From the human T2T-CHM13v2.0 reference genome, Homo sapiens, in NCBI RefSeq assembly GCF_009914755.1, contig NC_060938.1: a stretch of 64,000 bases of DNA. The stretch is one strand, 5' to 3'. The position numbers and the translations under genes are program-made. Below, piece after piece: positions 28,560-43,892 of this stretch (the first letter of the stretch is position 1; each line of letters begins with the position of its first letter). Under the pieces are notes generated by a model. The model worked only from the letters and a program-made list of their open reading frames with translations. It searched no databases and was not told where the DNA came from.

Positions 28560-28824
28560 ATATAAATAATTGTGACTAAGTAGACCACTTCTATGATTGT
28601 GGATACACAAGTTAACTCAGAATTAGAAAATTTTCCATGTAATTCAAATTGTTTTTCAAAAACAAATTCTTTTCATTATTAGTATATTATATTGTCCAGA
28701 ATTATCTAGGTGAATGCCATTATTCTATATTCAAATTTTTTAGTATAAACACTGCCTCTTGCATTTAAGTTTACCTCATGGGAATTTCTATGCCTGTTCA
28801 GAAATAAATTGTTGGAAACTCTTT

Positions 28825-29797
28825 TTAGTATAGTGGTAGAAGGGCAAAAAAGAGACAAACTCTCTCCATCAAGCCCCTTTTTTAAATATCATTTCAACTT
28901 TTATTTTAGATTCAGGGAATACATGTGCAGGTTTGTTACATGGGTATATTGTGTGAGGTTTGGGATACCAATGATCCCACCACCCAGGTAGTAAGCATAG
29001 TACCCAACAGGTAACTTTTCAACCCTCGCCCTCCTCCCTTTCTCCCTTCTAGTAGTCCTCACAGTCTACTGTTCTCATCTTTATGTCCATGTGTACCCAA
29101 TGCTTAGCTCCCACTTATAAGTGAGGACATGCAGTATTTGATTTTTTGTTCCTGAATTAACTCACTTAGGACAATGGCCTCCTGTTGCATCCATGTTGCT
29201 GGAAATGACATGATTTCTTTATTTTATGGCTGCATAGTATTCCAAGATGTATATGTACTACATTTTCTTTATCCAGTCTACCACAGATGGGCATCTGGGT
29301 TGATCCCATGTCTTCACTATTGAACATACTAGTATGTGTCTTTTTGGTAGAAAAAATTTATTTTCCTTTGGGTACATACCCAATAATGGAATCACTAGGT
29401 CGAAAAGGAGTTCTAAGTTCTTTGCAAAATCTCCAAATTGTTTTCCATAGTGGCTGAAATAATTTGCATTCCCACCAGCAGTGTATAATCATTCCTCTTT
29501 CTCTGGAGCCTCACCAGCATCTTTTTTTTTAACTGTTTAATAATAGCCATTCTGACTAGTATGAGATGGCATCTCATTGTGGTTTTGATTTGTATTTCTC
29601 TGATGAGTGATGTGAGCATTTTTTCCTATATTTGTTGTCCGCTCATCCAGCCCTTTTATAATGGCATTAATCCATTCATAAGGGTAGAGTCCTCATTACC
29701 TAAACACTTCCCAAAACTCCCCACCTCCCAACACTATTGCACTGCAGATAAAGCTTTCAACACATGGGTTTTGGAGGACATATTCACATTATAGCAG
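28825..29797 (-). mobile_element. MST/MLT1A-type MaLR LTR split by an L1
   Basis: ggcattaatccattcat...acatattcacattatagca antisense MaLR end. Confidence 0.65.
28877..29642 (-). mobile_element. 5'-truncated L1PA15/16-like
   Basis: Antisense L1 3' end; TSD catcaagcccctttt/catccagccctttt. Confidence 0.85.
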
Positions 29798-32009
29798 TGA
29801 AGGACACAAAGGAGGGCTAAGATTATTAATTTATTTAAAGATAATTTTTAAAAACTGAGGCAAATCAGTCATGGTGTTAAATTTATGTGACAAAAAATAT
29901 TTTGTCAGTATTATTTGAAGTATTTTCTAATTTTATTGATATAAAATCAAACTTATATTGGTAAATTCTCTTTCCCTTCTAACTTGTAAGAGCAAGTTAT
30001 TGTTAAGAAATAGAAATAATTACAAGCTACACTTTTTCAGTCAGACTGGTAATACATTTTCTTTCAGCCTATTATCTGAGAAATGTTATGAAATCTTCAA
30101 ACCCAATATTAACTAGATTTGTCTTTAAGATATATTTTGCAAACAACAATCAACTTTTGATTCAGGGAAGTTTCTCTAAACTTTCTTCTTATTCAAGATA
30201 TCTGCTTCTGTCACAGCCTTCTTTCTTTCACTGCTTTCTGCAATAATAAGATCATCCTATAAGCTCCGTGAGCTGAAAATAAATGTATTCCTGAGGTAAT
30301 CCTCTCTGGTCCCAGGTTTCTAATTAAAACATGGTACTCTGGTGTGCCTCTATTTATAATCAGAGAACTAAGAATTTATTGACAAAGGCTCTCCATTCCC
30401 TAATGCCCCCAGCCCTCCACACACAATTAAAATAAATAAATAAGATTTTTTTAAAGCAACGGGAGGCAGGGTGTTTTGAAAGTGTTTAAAATAACTGTAA
30501 ATGTTCATGCATGCCAGTACCAACACACTTCACACCTCTTTGCTTTTTATTGCAACAGCACCTTTCACCAGGGAATCTGAAATTCTTTAGACATTTACAC
30601 TTCACCTCACCAATGCACACCGACTTTGCTAGATCTCGCATTTCCTACTCAATTGCTGCTCAACCTGTCTCTCCATTTCTCTCCCTTCACCTTCCCTTCC
30701 TCTTACCTACTTCAAATTCAGTGTGCCTGAGCCTGAGTCTTAGCATAACAGAGAAGCATCTCTCCTCAGTTGGAACATCCTGAATCCAAGACAATGTTTA
30801 TAAGTTCAGAATTGATTGAATTGTGAATGTTTTACATTATCTGCATTTTAAAATCTATCCTATGTCCATTAAGTAAATAGATTATATAATCAGCTGCTGA
30901 TTTAATTATTTTGTTAGTTGTTACATTGGCATCGTGAAGCTCTTTCAAAACCTTCTGCAGTGGTTCCACCAAATCCTAATATCAAGTACATACTGAATTT
31001 ACAAACAATTCTAAAAGAAAATTAATCAAAAAATCCTTGTGGTTCCATACATTGAAACAGAATAAACACAAAGCCCTTTGTACACAAGGCTGCCTTCCTA
31101 ACCAACGCTTAGTGCAAGTAGGTGAACTACTTTAATTACCCAGAAAATTCCTTTTTAAAATGTGATTGCTATATTTGAAAGAAAAAAAATAACAATTTAC
31201 AGATCTTAGTACTCTAAATACAATGTTTTGTGAAAACAGGTAAGTTTTATGTTTGTGGATTAACCAGGCTGGTTTTTAAATTGTACTCTACAGATCAGAA
31301 GCGATCAGTGAGAACCTCTCTTTCTACATGTAGTGCTGCCGCTGGGAAGAAATCGGTCATCATGAATATTCATTGGACACCACCAAGTGCTACACCAGAC
31401 TGAGATGGAGAAGGAGAAAGAGAAATGGTCCATCAAATTAGAAGAAAAGCCCTTTTCATGATTTATGAAAAAGAGAACTATTAAACCTTATGCACTACAA
31501 GATTTTATGTCTTTTATGTCAACCTATGAATAACTTTTCCTCTGCAATATTCCAATTTTATTTTCCCTTTAATAATACAACTTTTAAGTACTAAGGATAC
31601 ATAAGATACTTTGTATTAATGATGCTTAGTCAGTCATGGATGCCTGACTTATTAAGGAATACTCAAAATATTCAAATATTTATGTTAGTAAATCTGCTTC
31701 AGACTACAAGGAAGAGTTGCTATCTGACTGCTTATGCAATGCTGCTCTGTCCACTACCTTCCTGTCTTTTTTTAAATTAGGTTCTATTGCCCAACTTGCC
31801 TGTTTTAAACATTTAGCCAATGTCCTTGAAGTGTTTTCATCATTATCAAGTAAAAATCTGAAAATGAGAATAGTATTAGTATCTACAGCTCTCTATTTTT
31901 GTCTTTAACTTATCATGCACCTATTTTGTGCTATTATATATATTCAGTATCTTGCATATAACCTTATTTAAAGAGTATAGCATCATTGTAAAGCAGATAC
32001 ATTAAGGTG

Positions 32010-32112
32010 TCTGTTTTACAGATGAAGAAATCGAGGTTCAGCAAGGACTTGCTCAAAGTCACACAACTGGCAAGTGACAGAGACTGGATATGAACTGAGT
32101 CAGACTCCAAAT
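32010..32112 (-). mobile_element. MIR core
   Basis: tttacagatgaagaaatcgagg...cttgctcaaagtcacacaactggcaagtg. Confidence 0.75.
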
Positions 32113-32961
32113 TTTGACTCAAAAAAGACACTACCTTTGTGCTCTATAAAGTGCATTCATTAGGGCCTTTATCATGCCAGTCTGTCAGCAATTGTGTTCC
32201 CCCTGGCTCGGAGCCTTTCCTCCACACTTCAATCAAATAGAAATCCCTCATTGCAGTTGAGAACTAAGTGGAGTTACTGGCCCAAAGCATTCAGGTTAGC
32301 TCTATGGATAGTTTCCAAGTTGACCAAATCGTAACTGACCTGTTGAGAGACACAGGTGATTCAGGAGATAATTTTTTTCATACTATACTGGGAGGTGAAT
32401 GGTAAAAAATACCATAGGATGAGGGAAACAAGGGGAAAATGAACAAAAACGATATCCATTATAACTACATAAAAAGAAACTGGCACACCAAACATCAGTG
32501 TTATTATGAAGAACTATTCACCATCTGAATCTGACCACAGTTAGAAAACCTGCCACATCACAAGCGCCTTGGATAATAAAAACATCTATTTCAAATGTTT
32601 TCCTAAAAAGCATTTTGAAAGAATAAATAAGATTTCAAAATAGAAAAAAAAATCTAACTGCATAAACTGAACACAATGCTGAATGCTATCCTCATCCAAA
32701 CTGTCTTTCCTTTATCTTACTTATCACCTTCAATATACAATAAAAGTTCAGCCACAAAATCAGCTTAGAAAGGAGAATTACCTGGCCTAACTGCATAGAT
32801 TGATTTGATAGTGAGATACTTTCCTGCAAAGACATTTATGTGTTATCTGGAAGAACTTTTAGCTCTTCATTTTAAGTTTTACCAGCGATTGATTTATTAT
32901 AGGAAAAAGATTCAATTTTTCCTCTTATGCTCAGCAATGTGATTTTTTTAAGAAACAACAA

Positions 32962-33248
<287 letters not shown>

Positions 33249-34519
33249 ACAGGTTCAGTTCAAATAGGAAATCAGCATCTGTGGTTTCAGCTGGATTTCC
33301 CAAGTTACAGGGTTCACCTTCTGAATATGCTGCTATTCTTCCTCTTTTTGACGTTTCTGCACTTCCTAAGATCTCTAGCCCATAATCTTGCTCTAGAGAC
33401 TACCATCTTTGAAACCTAACTCTCTCGTACTCTTACATACATTTTTGGTTTAGATGCTCATTGCCTAACTCTCAAACTAGAACTCTTGTTCTTCTTGAGC
33501 AAGAAATCTTTTCCTTCCTATTTACTTTTGTTTTTCCAAAAGCTGGCACAAAATTAGCACTTAAAAATAACTTTTGGCTAGCTGACTATTTCAAGAGTTC
33601 CAAATGACTTGGACGGAGACACAATTTTAAGTCATCAAAGGTCCATGACAACATATAAACATTGGACTGTTTCAAGATGGAGGTCTGACTGGTGGTTTTT
33701 CTTCCCTTTTTTGGTGCAATAGAATTTATATATTTAAACATTAGGTCAGTTACCTAAAATAAGTTAAACATTAGACCAGTAACCTAGAAAGAAAACTTGT
33801 TTTGAGGTTGCTAGTAATTTGGGTTCCAAGTTTAATGAGCCAATAAATCAAATGCTAAAGAACAAGATGATTGAATTTGAGAAGACAGTAGAAATAAGGA
33901 TGTACCCCTTAGAGAAACAAAGAGTTCCCCTAGATAAACAGAAGAAATGGACAAGGAGCAATAGAAATGGGGCAGTGAGTACAAGGCAACCTACAAAGTC
34001 TGGAAGTAGTCCTTAGGAAGTTGTTCAAGGAAGGTAAAGGGCCACAGCCTGATAGGAGTTGAAAGAGTAACTGACAAAGGACCATTAAGCCCAGAAGCTG
34101 ACTAGAAAGTGAGTTGCTCAGGCAGAATGCCCAGCCCTTACTCTCAGCAAGAATGTCCCATTTTGTGTGCCCAGCAATGACACCAATTGTTCTTATTGAC
34201 CTACATGCTCAGAACTTCACTTCGTTATCATCCAGCACCTCAACCACTGATTGCCCTGTGTGGACTATTTTCCTTAAACCTCATCAGCTTGTGCTAATGT
34301 ACTCCAAGAAAGGGAGGTGGGACTGTGGACATCTGGTGGGTAAGGAAAATTATCAGCATATCTGGCAGGTAGGAAGAATTATTGGTACATCTGTACTGTG
34401 TGGGATGAAATGAACAAAGGGTGGTAAGATCCCTACTCTACTGGCATCAAAAACAGTTGAACCATCTATTCTCAAGTGTGGAATCCTTGAGGCTTTCAAT
34501 GTAACAATGTCTTTGCAAC

Positions 34520-35929
34520 TTCCTAGTGAGGCTACTCATCAAACATGGTAGTTTAAATATACCTGCTTTATTCTATTCCATCCTAAAATATCACCAGAAT
34601 AATAACAGAATAGTAAAGGGGATAACAACAGATAAGAGATATTATAATTTTGGAAGACAGAAAGTAGATGGGCCAGTGTTAACTAGCAAAGCAGAGGAAA
34701 TGAAACCTAAGTGCGTGGAACTGGGAAGCCACTATACAAGGAAGCTAGTTGGTGCTCCAGAATCCCAGGAAGCATGAGGAATTTGAGAAACTGCTTACTA
34801 CAGAGGGTGAAGGGTGAAGAGTGGGACTAAAAACAAGAGTGTGGCTGAAAACCTATATAGAGGACAGTTATCTTCCCACCCTTTCACCCACCCCATCCAG
34901 CCAGAAAACTTCTCATACACTATTTCATCAGGAAAGGAGAGGTTTACTCTAGATAATTAAACCATCGATCTCCTTCTCCCTATCAACTTGTAAAATACTA
35001 GAAGTCGGAAAATTGGGGAATTCTTTTCTGGAGAGCTTGATCAGCTCAAGGGAAAAGAACTAATATTGAGAGCTGGGTGTCTTCTCCCACATAAACTACT
35101 AGATCTTTGCCCAATCAATAAGCCCAGCCAGATTTTAGTGTCTCAGTCAGATTCTTAGTGCCTCACTCTTTAAATACAAACAGTAAGCCAAGCATGTTAG
35201 CCTTTTGAGGAAAGCTTCAACATGAAAGACCTAAACAAACAAACAAAAATTTTAACAAAAACAGAACTCAGCAAAGAAAAGCAATATGGAGAGAAGCAGC
35301 AGTCATTTGTAATAAATAACCTCACAGGAATTAAGAGAGCATTACAGTCATAAAACAAAGTCAGGATGCTATGTTTCAAAAAGAAAATTCAGTGAACAAT
35401 AAAGCAGTCTTCAAATTTAAAATATAAAATAAAATTTTACATTTTAACAAAAGAACTGAAAGATAAAATTTTTCATTTGAGTATTTCTTATAGTGTTTGA
35501 AAAATAAAGACATGAACAATAGGAGTACCACTAGAAATTACAGACAGAGAGAACAGGGAAAAAAAATCTATCAAAGAAATAAGATAATTCCCAGAATTGA
35601 AGAATATGGGTTTTCAAACTAAAAGGTTACACTGGGGGCCAAGGAGTGTCCCTTTGTAGCAGCTTTCAGATTAAAAAATCATATACAAAAGTTCAGCATA
35701 ATAATAGCATCAGACTTCTCAACAGCAATACTATACTGGAAGCTAGAAGACAATGGAGCAATGCCTTCAAATATGACAGGAAATTTAGAATTCTATGCCC
35801 AAACTATCAAGTGTGACAATGAATAAGACATTTTCAAAAATGTAAGTTTTCAAAAAATAAATTACCTTCCACGCATCATTCTCAGAAAGTTATAGGAAAT
35901 TGTAATCCGCTAAAACAAAGTGTTTATTA

Positions 35930-35930
<1 letters not shown>
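34520..35930 (+). mobile_element. Ancient L1M 5'/ORF1 remnant
   Basis: gcatcagacttctcaacagcaata...gaagctagaagacaatgg ORF1 motif. Confidence 0.6.
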
Positions 35931-37210
<1,280 letters not shown>

Positions 37211-38519
37211 AAACTAACACTCCATTTTGAGAAAAATATTTGTATTCTAACGTTTGACTCAAATTTCTAAACATATTGTTTTATTTCCCATATCTGCTCC
37301 CCACCCTCAATCCTGCCATGATATCATGAAAGGTTCTGATACCAAAATATATCATTTCCCTTAGTAGACATTAAAATTACTTTCTTTCCCTTTTGTTTCT
37401 GTGAACAAGCATTATATTGCCCTTTATTGAAATGCCTTTAAAGCTTTATTGAAAACAGATAAACATAAGACAAGAGGAAAATCTTCTCATTCCACTAGCC
37501 TGCCCAATTTCCACCTCTTCTCTCTAAAGGGGAAAAGGAACAATTATGAGAGGACATAGAAAACACAGGAGACCCTGTCTATCTGTGGAAAATATTTTCT
37601 AGAAATTCCAGAAAAGAGAAAATTCATAACCATGAGAGGGATTGGTCCTGACCAAACTACAAGGTAACAGAAGAGATTGATATTTGGCAATCAGAAGAAT
37701 TGAAAAGGCCATGCTGAGATTTAAAGGGGCAGTTTTGGAGAGAAATGAGAACTGCCTGTTGCTACTGAATACATGCACTCTTTCTGCACAGTACAAAAAT
37801 CCAAAACCATGAATCTCAAAATCCCATATCATAAGTTATATCACCATTATAAAAAGCAATTTTGCCAAAGCATCTATTTTATGTGGCAGTATCCTAAAAG
37901 CTCATAAATATTTGAGCTGCAGACAGACATTTTTCTGAAAATTGAAACTAACTTCATAACTCTGCGTTACCTTTTGGAAGGTGTAGAAGTAAAACTTATC
38001 CAGCCTGTAGGACAAAGCCATCTGTCCTATTCTTATCCCTGTGAAAAGCTTTTTTCTAGCTGAGCTTTTTTTCACGGGAGCACATGAGTCCTCTCAAGTT
38101 CTGGCACATTTAATTGCCCCACACCCACTCTGCAATAGTCCAGATAGAAGATCAAAGAAGAGATGAGAAGAACTAGTCTATCTTGAAAAAGAAATCACTC
38201 TAACTTCTTCAATTATCTTAATGAAAAAGAGAAAAATAAAGAGGAAAAGAGAATGTGTGGTTCAGTAGAGAACACAAGTAAATTCAGAATCCCAAGGTTC
38301 CAACATTAACTCTGTTATTATCACAGTATGTGACCAAGCCATCAGTAATGTTTATACTGTTCATCTGTTAACTAAGGGCATGTACAGAGAAGGAATGAAA
38401 CATAGGCCATGAAAATGAATGCAAGTATTTTTTATCTTAAGTGCCTAACATGTCCTGATACAACCATTCCTTTCTTTCCGTAGAACTACTGAAAACCTTG
38501 AAAAAGCTGGACTTTGATA

Positions 38520-38857
38520 CTTTTCTCCAAATCTAAGACTGGCAGACAATCTCTTCAAGAAAACCTTCCTTAGCTACAACCACCGCTAACCTGGCATTCT
38601 CTGTTCCTTATTCTATATTGTTTTTCCTCATAGCACTTATCACTGTCTGAATATATATATGTGTGTGTGTATATATATGAATATATATGCAGATATATAT
38701 GTACATATATATATTCCTCCATTTATTATTCAGACTATAATCTCCACTAGGAAAGAAAGGCACTTTGGTTCCCTGCTATGTCCCCAATATTTGGAAGCCA
38801 TACCTAGCCTAGCCGTAGTAGAGACTAAACAAATGTTGATTGAATAAATGAATAAAT
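38520..38857 (+). mobile_element. L2 3' end
   Basis: catagcacttatcac...tgttgattgaataaatgaataaat. Confidence 0.7.
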
Positions 38858-38968
38858 CTAATGCTGGCAGTTAAAAAGAATACATAATGAAGCAGATTGA
38901 ACTAATTCAGTATTTCTCATACTGAGATCTTGAATTATCTGGAAGTCAGCTACAAGTACAATCACACT

Positions 38969-39289
<321 letters not shown>

Positions 39290-39753
39290 CTAAAGACATT
39301 TCATCCTAGGCTGTAACAATTCCATAATAGTTCACTGCGTTCCTGGTACCTTACACTGCTGAATGACTTCTATGGGCTAAATTCAGTATTTTTGCAACTA
39401 TTCCAGTTCTCTATAGCCTACTCACATGGCTTAACTTAACAAAGGATTTTCACACTGGGTACTTAAAATAAAGGCAGAAGGATATCCATATATTGAATAT
39501 GTGGACAAAGGAAGAAATAGAAATACAATGAATCGACCCATCCTACAAATTCCACTCTGGGTCTCATAATAGGAGACCCTTATGACTGTAGACACATTTT
39601 CCTTCCTGGATTGTGGATTGGCTTCTTGGCTTTCCATCTTTTCCATTATCAGTTAGAGACGTAGGATATCATACTAACGAATAGCTATATTAGCAACAAC
39701 AGCAATCTTATGCTGTCAACAGGGTGCATGCCACACCACCCCCCCGCCCTGCT

Positions 39754-39754
<1 letters not shown>

Positions 39755-39790
<36 letters not shown>
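39755..39790. repeat. (CA)n microsatellite
   Basis: Seen directly. Confidence 0.95.
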
Positions 39791-39792
<2 letters not shown>

Positions 39793-42052
39793 TACACTCT
39801 GCTCCTTTAGAACAAAACTAGCTTCTCACTGATCTCTCTACCTCAGAGCCCATTTACTCCTAAGGCCCAACAAAGAGGATAGGGTTTTTACGGTACCAGC
39901 AAGACGATGGTGGCCCTTGGCCTCCCGGTGCAGAGTGTCAGTCCCGCACTGGGAGCGTGGAGAGGTGTGTGGGAAGCAAGCCTTTCTTGAAGTGGGGCCA
40001 AGAGAGAGAAGTCAGCAGCTCCTTAGCCCTCACGCTTCCAAGGAACAGAGAATGATGGAGAAGCCTGCAGGCAGAAAAAAGAAGACGCTGACCCAGAGGG
40101 AGAAAGCCGATGCGCAGAAGAGCGTGCCCAGAGAGGAGAAGGCCTCCGGGGACAGAAAGCCACCTGAGAGGCCCACTGTGCCCAGGAAGCCCTGCACAGA
40201 GCCCCACCTGAGTCCTGAAGAAGAGCACATCTTTGATGCCTTCCACGCTTCATTTAAAAATGCCTTTGAGGGGGTTCCCGTGTTCATTCCTTTTCAGAGG
40301 AAGAAACCCTAAGAGTGCAGTTAATGGAGGTGGATCTTTAAGCATAAGACAGACCACATTCGCCATCAGAGGGTCCACACCGGACAGAAGCCCTTCAAGT
40401 GTTAGCAGTGAGGGAAGGCCTTTCGGCACAGCTTTGATGTCACCAAACACCAGAGGACTGACGCTGTTGGCCTTCATCAGACGTGTTGCCTGGGGGGTGT
40501 TCTGCTCTGGGGAGCGCACTGGAGGGGCCACCCCAGCTACAGGTGGGCAGGTGAACCACCAGAGGGGAGCCGTGGCACCTATGGCCTCCTGACGGTCCTG
40601 CCACCACAGTCGCTGCATGGCCTTCATGGTTTCTCAGTGGTCCTTGGTCCCGATGGCGGGTACGTGGCACGTCCGTGGTGTCGTGTACCTGCCTCTGTGA
40701 TGACCGCGTCTGGCACTGCGGGGCATGTGCTGGGGAGGCCAGTCTCCCTGTGGGGCTCCCCCAGTCTGTGGTCAGCTCACTGCTGTCAGCATGGGGGTGA
40801 GGGAGCGAGTGGGGGCGGCCTCAGCCTCACCTAGACAGACTGTCCCTGGATGCCGCCGGCAGACCACAGCCGGTGTTGCCCCCCACAGGGCAGAACATCC
40901 TGGTGGGCCCCCTGCCCCAGATCTCCTTATGCAGCCGTTCCCTGTGTGTCCTGAGGCTGGACGGCCTCAGCCAGCTGTCACCAGGAGAGGAGGGCTCACA
41001 CTCCCAAAAATGGACATCTCAGGAGGTAAAATTGTTCAGAAGCAGGCATCAAAGCACAAGTGATGTGTGATCCTGGATCAGAAGAGTTGTGAAGGACCTT
41101 GCTGGGTCGTTTGGCAGACCTGGAGTGTAGACCAGGCACAGTCGGTGCCAGCTCAGCAGCGACAGGACAGTCCTCACTGACATCCTCCTACTACAGATGC
41201 ACACTGAGGCTCTCAGCCACAGAACGTGACATCTGCAGTTCGTGCCAACAGTGTGTACATGTCACTGGAGAGTGACAGAGGAGACTGGCTAAATGTCAGT
41301 CACTGGGGAATCTAGAACACAGGGCTGATAGGATGGACCCCCAGATGCAGAATGATATCTCACCAGGTCATGCCCACAGAGACACCAGCAGCAGCGCACG
41401 GCTGGCCGGACCACCTCGGCCTCTCTAGCAGCGGGCAGGCTGATAGAACAGATCACCCCCAAAGGGGAAAGTTCCAGATGAAATATGCATAAGAAGCAAC
41501 CTCAAAACTAACAAAAAAGATTTGCACATTTCTCAGTTCAAAGGAGGAGCAGAGATTAAGAAAAAGAGAATAAAAGTGCTCAAAAGAGAAGAAAAAGAAT
41601 CTCCTACTGTGTAGCGGGCTCCTGGCCCAGGGAGGATGGTCTGCAGCAGAGTACATGCAGGGAAGCACCCTCTGAAATGCCTAGAAATAGCTGCAGGGCT
41701 TTCACTTGGTTCCCATCAACGGTCAAAACCATCACAGTGGGCAACTTTGCACCAGTGACCAGTCAGTGCTCACTGTCCTCAGGCCACTGCAGAGCCATCC
41801 TAGTGGGGCAGGGGCTCCTGACTCCAGTAAGGCCACCCTGGAGGGGAGTCCCAGGAATCAATCTGATGTTCAGAACCTTCCTGGCATCTCAGAAGTGTAC
41901 TAGGGGAGAGGTGAGGACCCTTTGGCCAAGTGTCAGCGTTCTCACTGCAGGAGAACATTAAAGCCACAACCCAGAAACTTCTCAGGAGCATGGCACACCC
42001 ACACCAGCCCTAGGCTCTGCCTGGACAGCACCTCCTGGGCAGCACCTCCTGA

Positions 42053-42332
42053 GCTGCCCTGACCAGCAGACACCATCCTCCCAGCCTCATTCAGCCGCCC
42101 TGACCAGCAGGCACCATCTTTCCAGCTTTGTTCGGCTGCCCTGACCGGTGGGTACCTCCCTCCCTGCCTCGCTTGGCCACCCTGACCAGAGGGCTGCCCT
42201 GACCAGCAGGCACCATCCTCCCAGCCACGCTCAGCTGCCCTGACCAGCGGGCACCATCCTCCCAGCCTCACTCGGCCGCCCTGATCAGAGGGCTGCCCTG
42301 ACCAGCAGGCAACATCCTCCCAGCCTCGCTTG
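42053..42332 (+). repeat. GC-rich minisatellite, 41-bp and 17-bp units (41-41-41-17-41-41-17-41)
   Basis: Units begin gc(t/c)(g/a)ccctga; aligned by eye. Confidence 0.9.
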
Positions 42333-43855
42333 GTCGGCCAGGCTCTGCGGGCCTCAGAGTGCAGGGAATCTCTGAATGTTGTGACTTTGCTCTCCTGCAG
42401 GGACCTGCCATGGAGTGTCCCTTGTGCAAGCATTTTGTGAGCTATGCCAGCATCTGTCCCCACACGCCCCATCCCTGAGCCATTTCCCAGGAGAGCAGGA
42501 AGTGAGCACAGGGAGGGGCACTCCCAGCCAGCCCTGGGACCAGAGGTCTGGGGACGCAGCCGGCCACCACGGCAGAGCCCTACTAGTCTGGGCCTCTGTT
42601 TCCTCTTCCACACAGGGAAGCAGGGAGGGGCTGATCAGCAACTTAGGCTTGTTGGCTCTGGCGGAGGCCACCTGCATTTCTGGGGAGCCCATGGACCCTG
42701 GGGTGCGTGTGGGCTTTATTCCCAGTGACCTCTCCTATTGGTCCCCATTCTGGGCACTGAGATGTGATTGTTTCTTTCCTGTGAATGAGCTGACATCAAA
42801 ACATGTTGCAGAGGAAGATGGGCCTTAGGGGCAGCATCCTGCGCCTCTGCACCAGGAGGAAGGTTGTGTCCCCAGGGGAGACTCAGAGCTGAGGCGGTGA
42901 TGGGCAGGGCTCCTGTGGAGCCAGGGTGGGGCAGGGTGTCTCCAAGGTCACTGGGGAACAGCTGAGGCCCAGGGAACACAGGGAGGATGGGGTGCGCTCC
43001 AGGATCAGGCAGTCAGGGAGCCTCTTGCTTGCAAGCCTGGTGTTGGCACTCTCCTGGTTTCTTCCGCAAACTCAGCTAGCCACACGTTCAGGGAGCCTGG
43101 GCTGAGCAGGCGGCCCCCACCTTGACAGAATCCCCGGGATCCTGCGTGGAGGTGGGGGGTACTTCACAGCCGAGACTAGGCCTGATGCTGCTCTCCCACA
43201 GTCACCCTCTCCACAGGGGGCTCTCCACAGTCTCTCCACAGGGGGCTCAGGGCAGGGCTCCAGCCTGAAGGGGGGTTCCTGGATACGGCTCTGAGCCAGG
43301 AGCCCCTGCCCCCACACACACCCCTGCACCTTCCACGCCTGTCTCGCCCTGGGGCCCAGGTGCAGTTTTGTGGGGAGCGCAGGGCCGTGCTCTCGTGACC
43401 ACCGCTCAGCCGAGTGGATTCAGCGAGAGTTTTCAGTGTTTGCGCCTCTGTCCCCGTGTGCCTGTTTCCTGGTGAGGCTGGACTCCTGGCATGTCTGAAC
43501 ACTCACATTCCCCAGGCATGCATGTGCAACCGCCGCCATGCGTGTACTGTGACGCTGACCCCTCCTGTAGCAGCCATGGTCTTGGCCTCTCGCGTTGCTG
43601 GCAGATGTTGTCCCATTTCCCACTGTTACTTTCTGTCGTCCAAAAGTTTGACTGTCCTGCCAGCCAAAGCTGTTGAGCTTTACTTTGACGGACCATCAGT
43701 TCTTGGTAAGTGTCCTGTGCATTTGGGATAAGCGTCCATTTGTTTTCAGCTGCGCTTCCTGTGACTTGCTCTGCGTGTGTCCTCCTCGGTCCCGGTGGGC
43801 TGCTGCATTGGTTCGCCTCCCTTCCCTGCTGCTTGCTGGCTTCTGTGTTCTCTGC

Positions 43856-43892
43856 AGTAAACACTGATTTCTGGAAAAAAAAAAAAAAAAAA
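43856..43892 (+). terminator. Variant poly(A) signal AGTAAA and genomic poly(A) tail of the retrocopy
   Basis: AGTAAA 13 nt before the A18 run; sharp GC-to-AT transition afterwards. Confidence 0.8.

Larger units (their letters stand above)
39897..43892 (+). pseudogene. ZFP41: Processed pseudogene (retrocopy) of ZFP41
   Basis: From 40055 MEKPAGRKKK...SGDRKPPERPTVPRKP...FEGVPVFIPFQRKKP, then two decayed C2H2 fingers (IFKHKTDHIRHQRVHTGQKPFKC..GKAFRHSFDVTKHQRT) with stops at 40310, 40322, 40403 and 40409; long GC-rich 3'UTR; AGTAAA at 43856 and A18 at 43875-43892. The 5' boundary is approximate. Confidence 0.9.

Noticed and set aside
31203-31330. Apparent exon-intron-exon (CAG|gtaagt ... ctctacag|)
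   Set aside because: The implied intron 31240-31293 is only 54 nt, below the usual human minimum, and there is no coherent ORF.
41942-42613. 223-aa minus-strand ORF with GWEDGACWSGQP repeats, plus many overlapping ORFs at 40-44 kb
   Set aside because: Explained by stop-poor GC-rich 3'UTR and the minisatellite; no recognisable domain.
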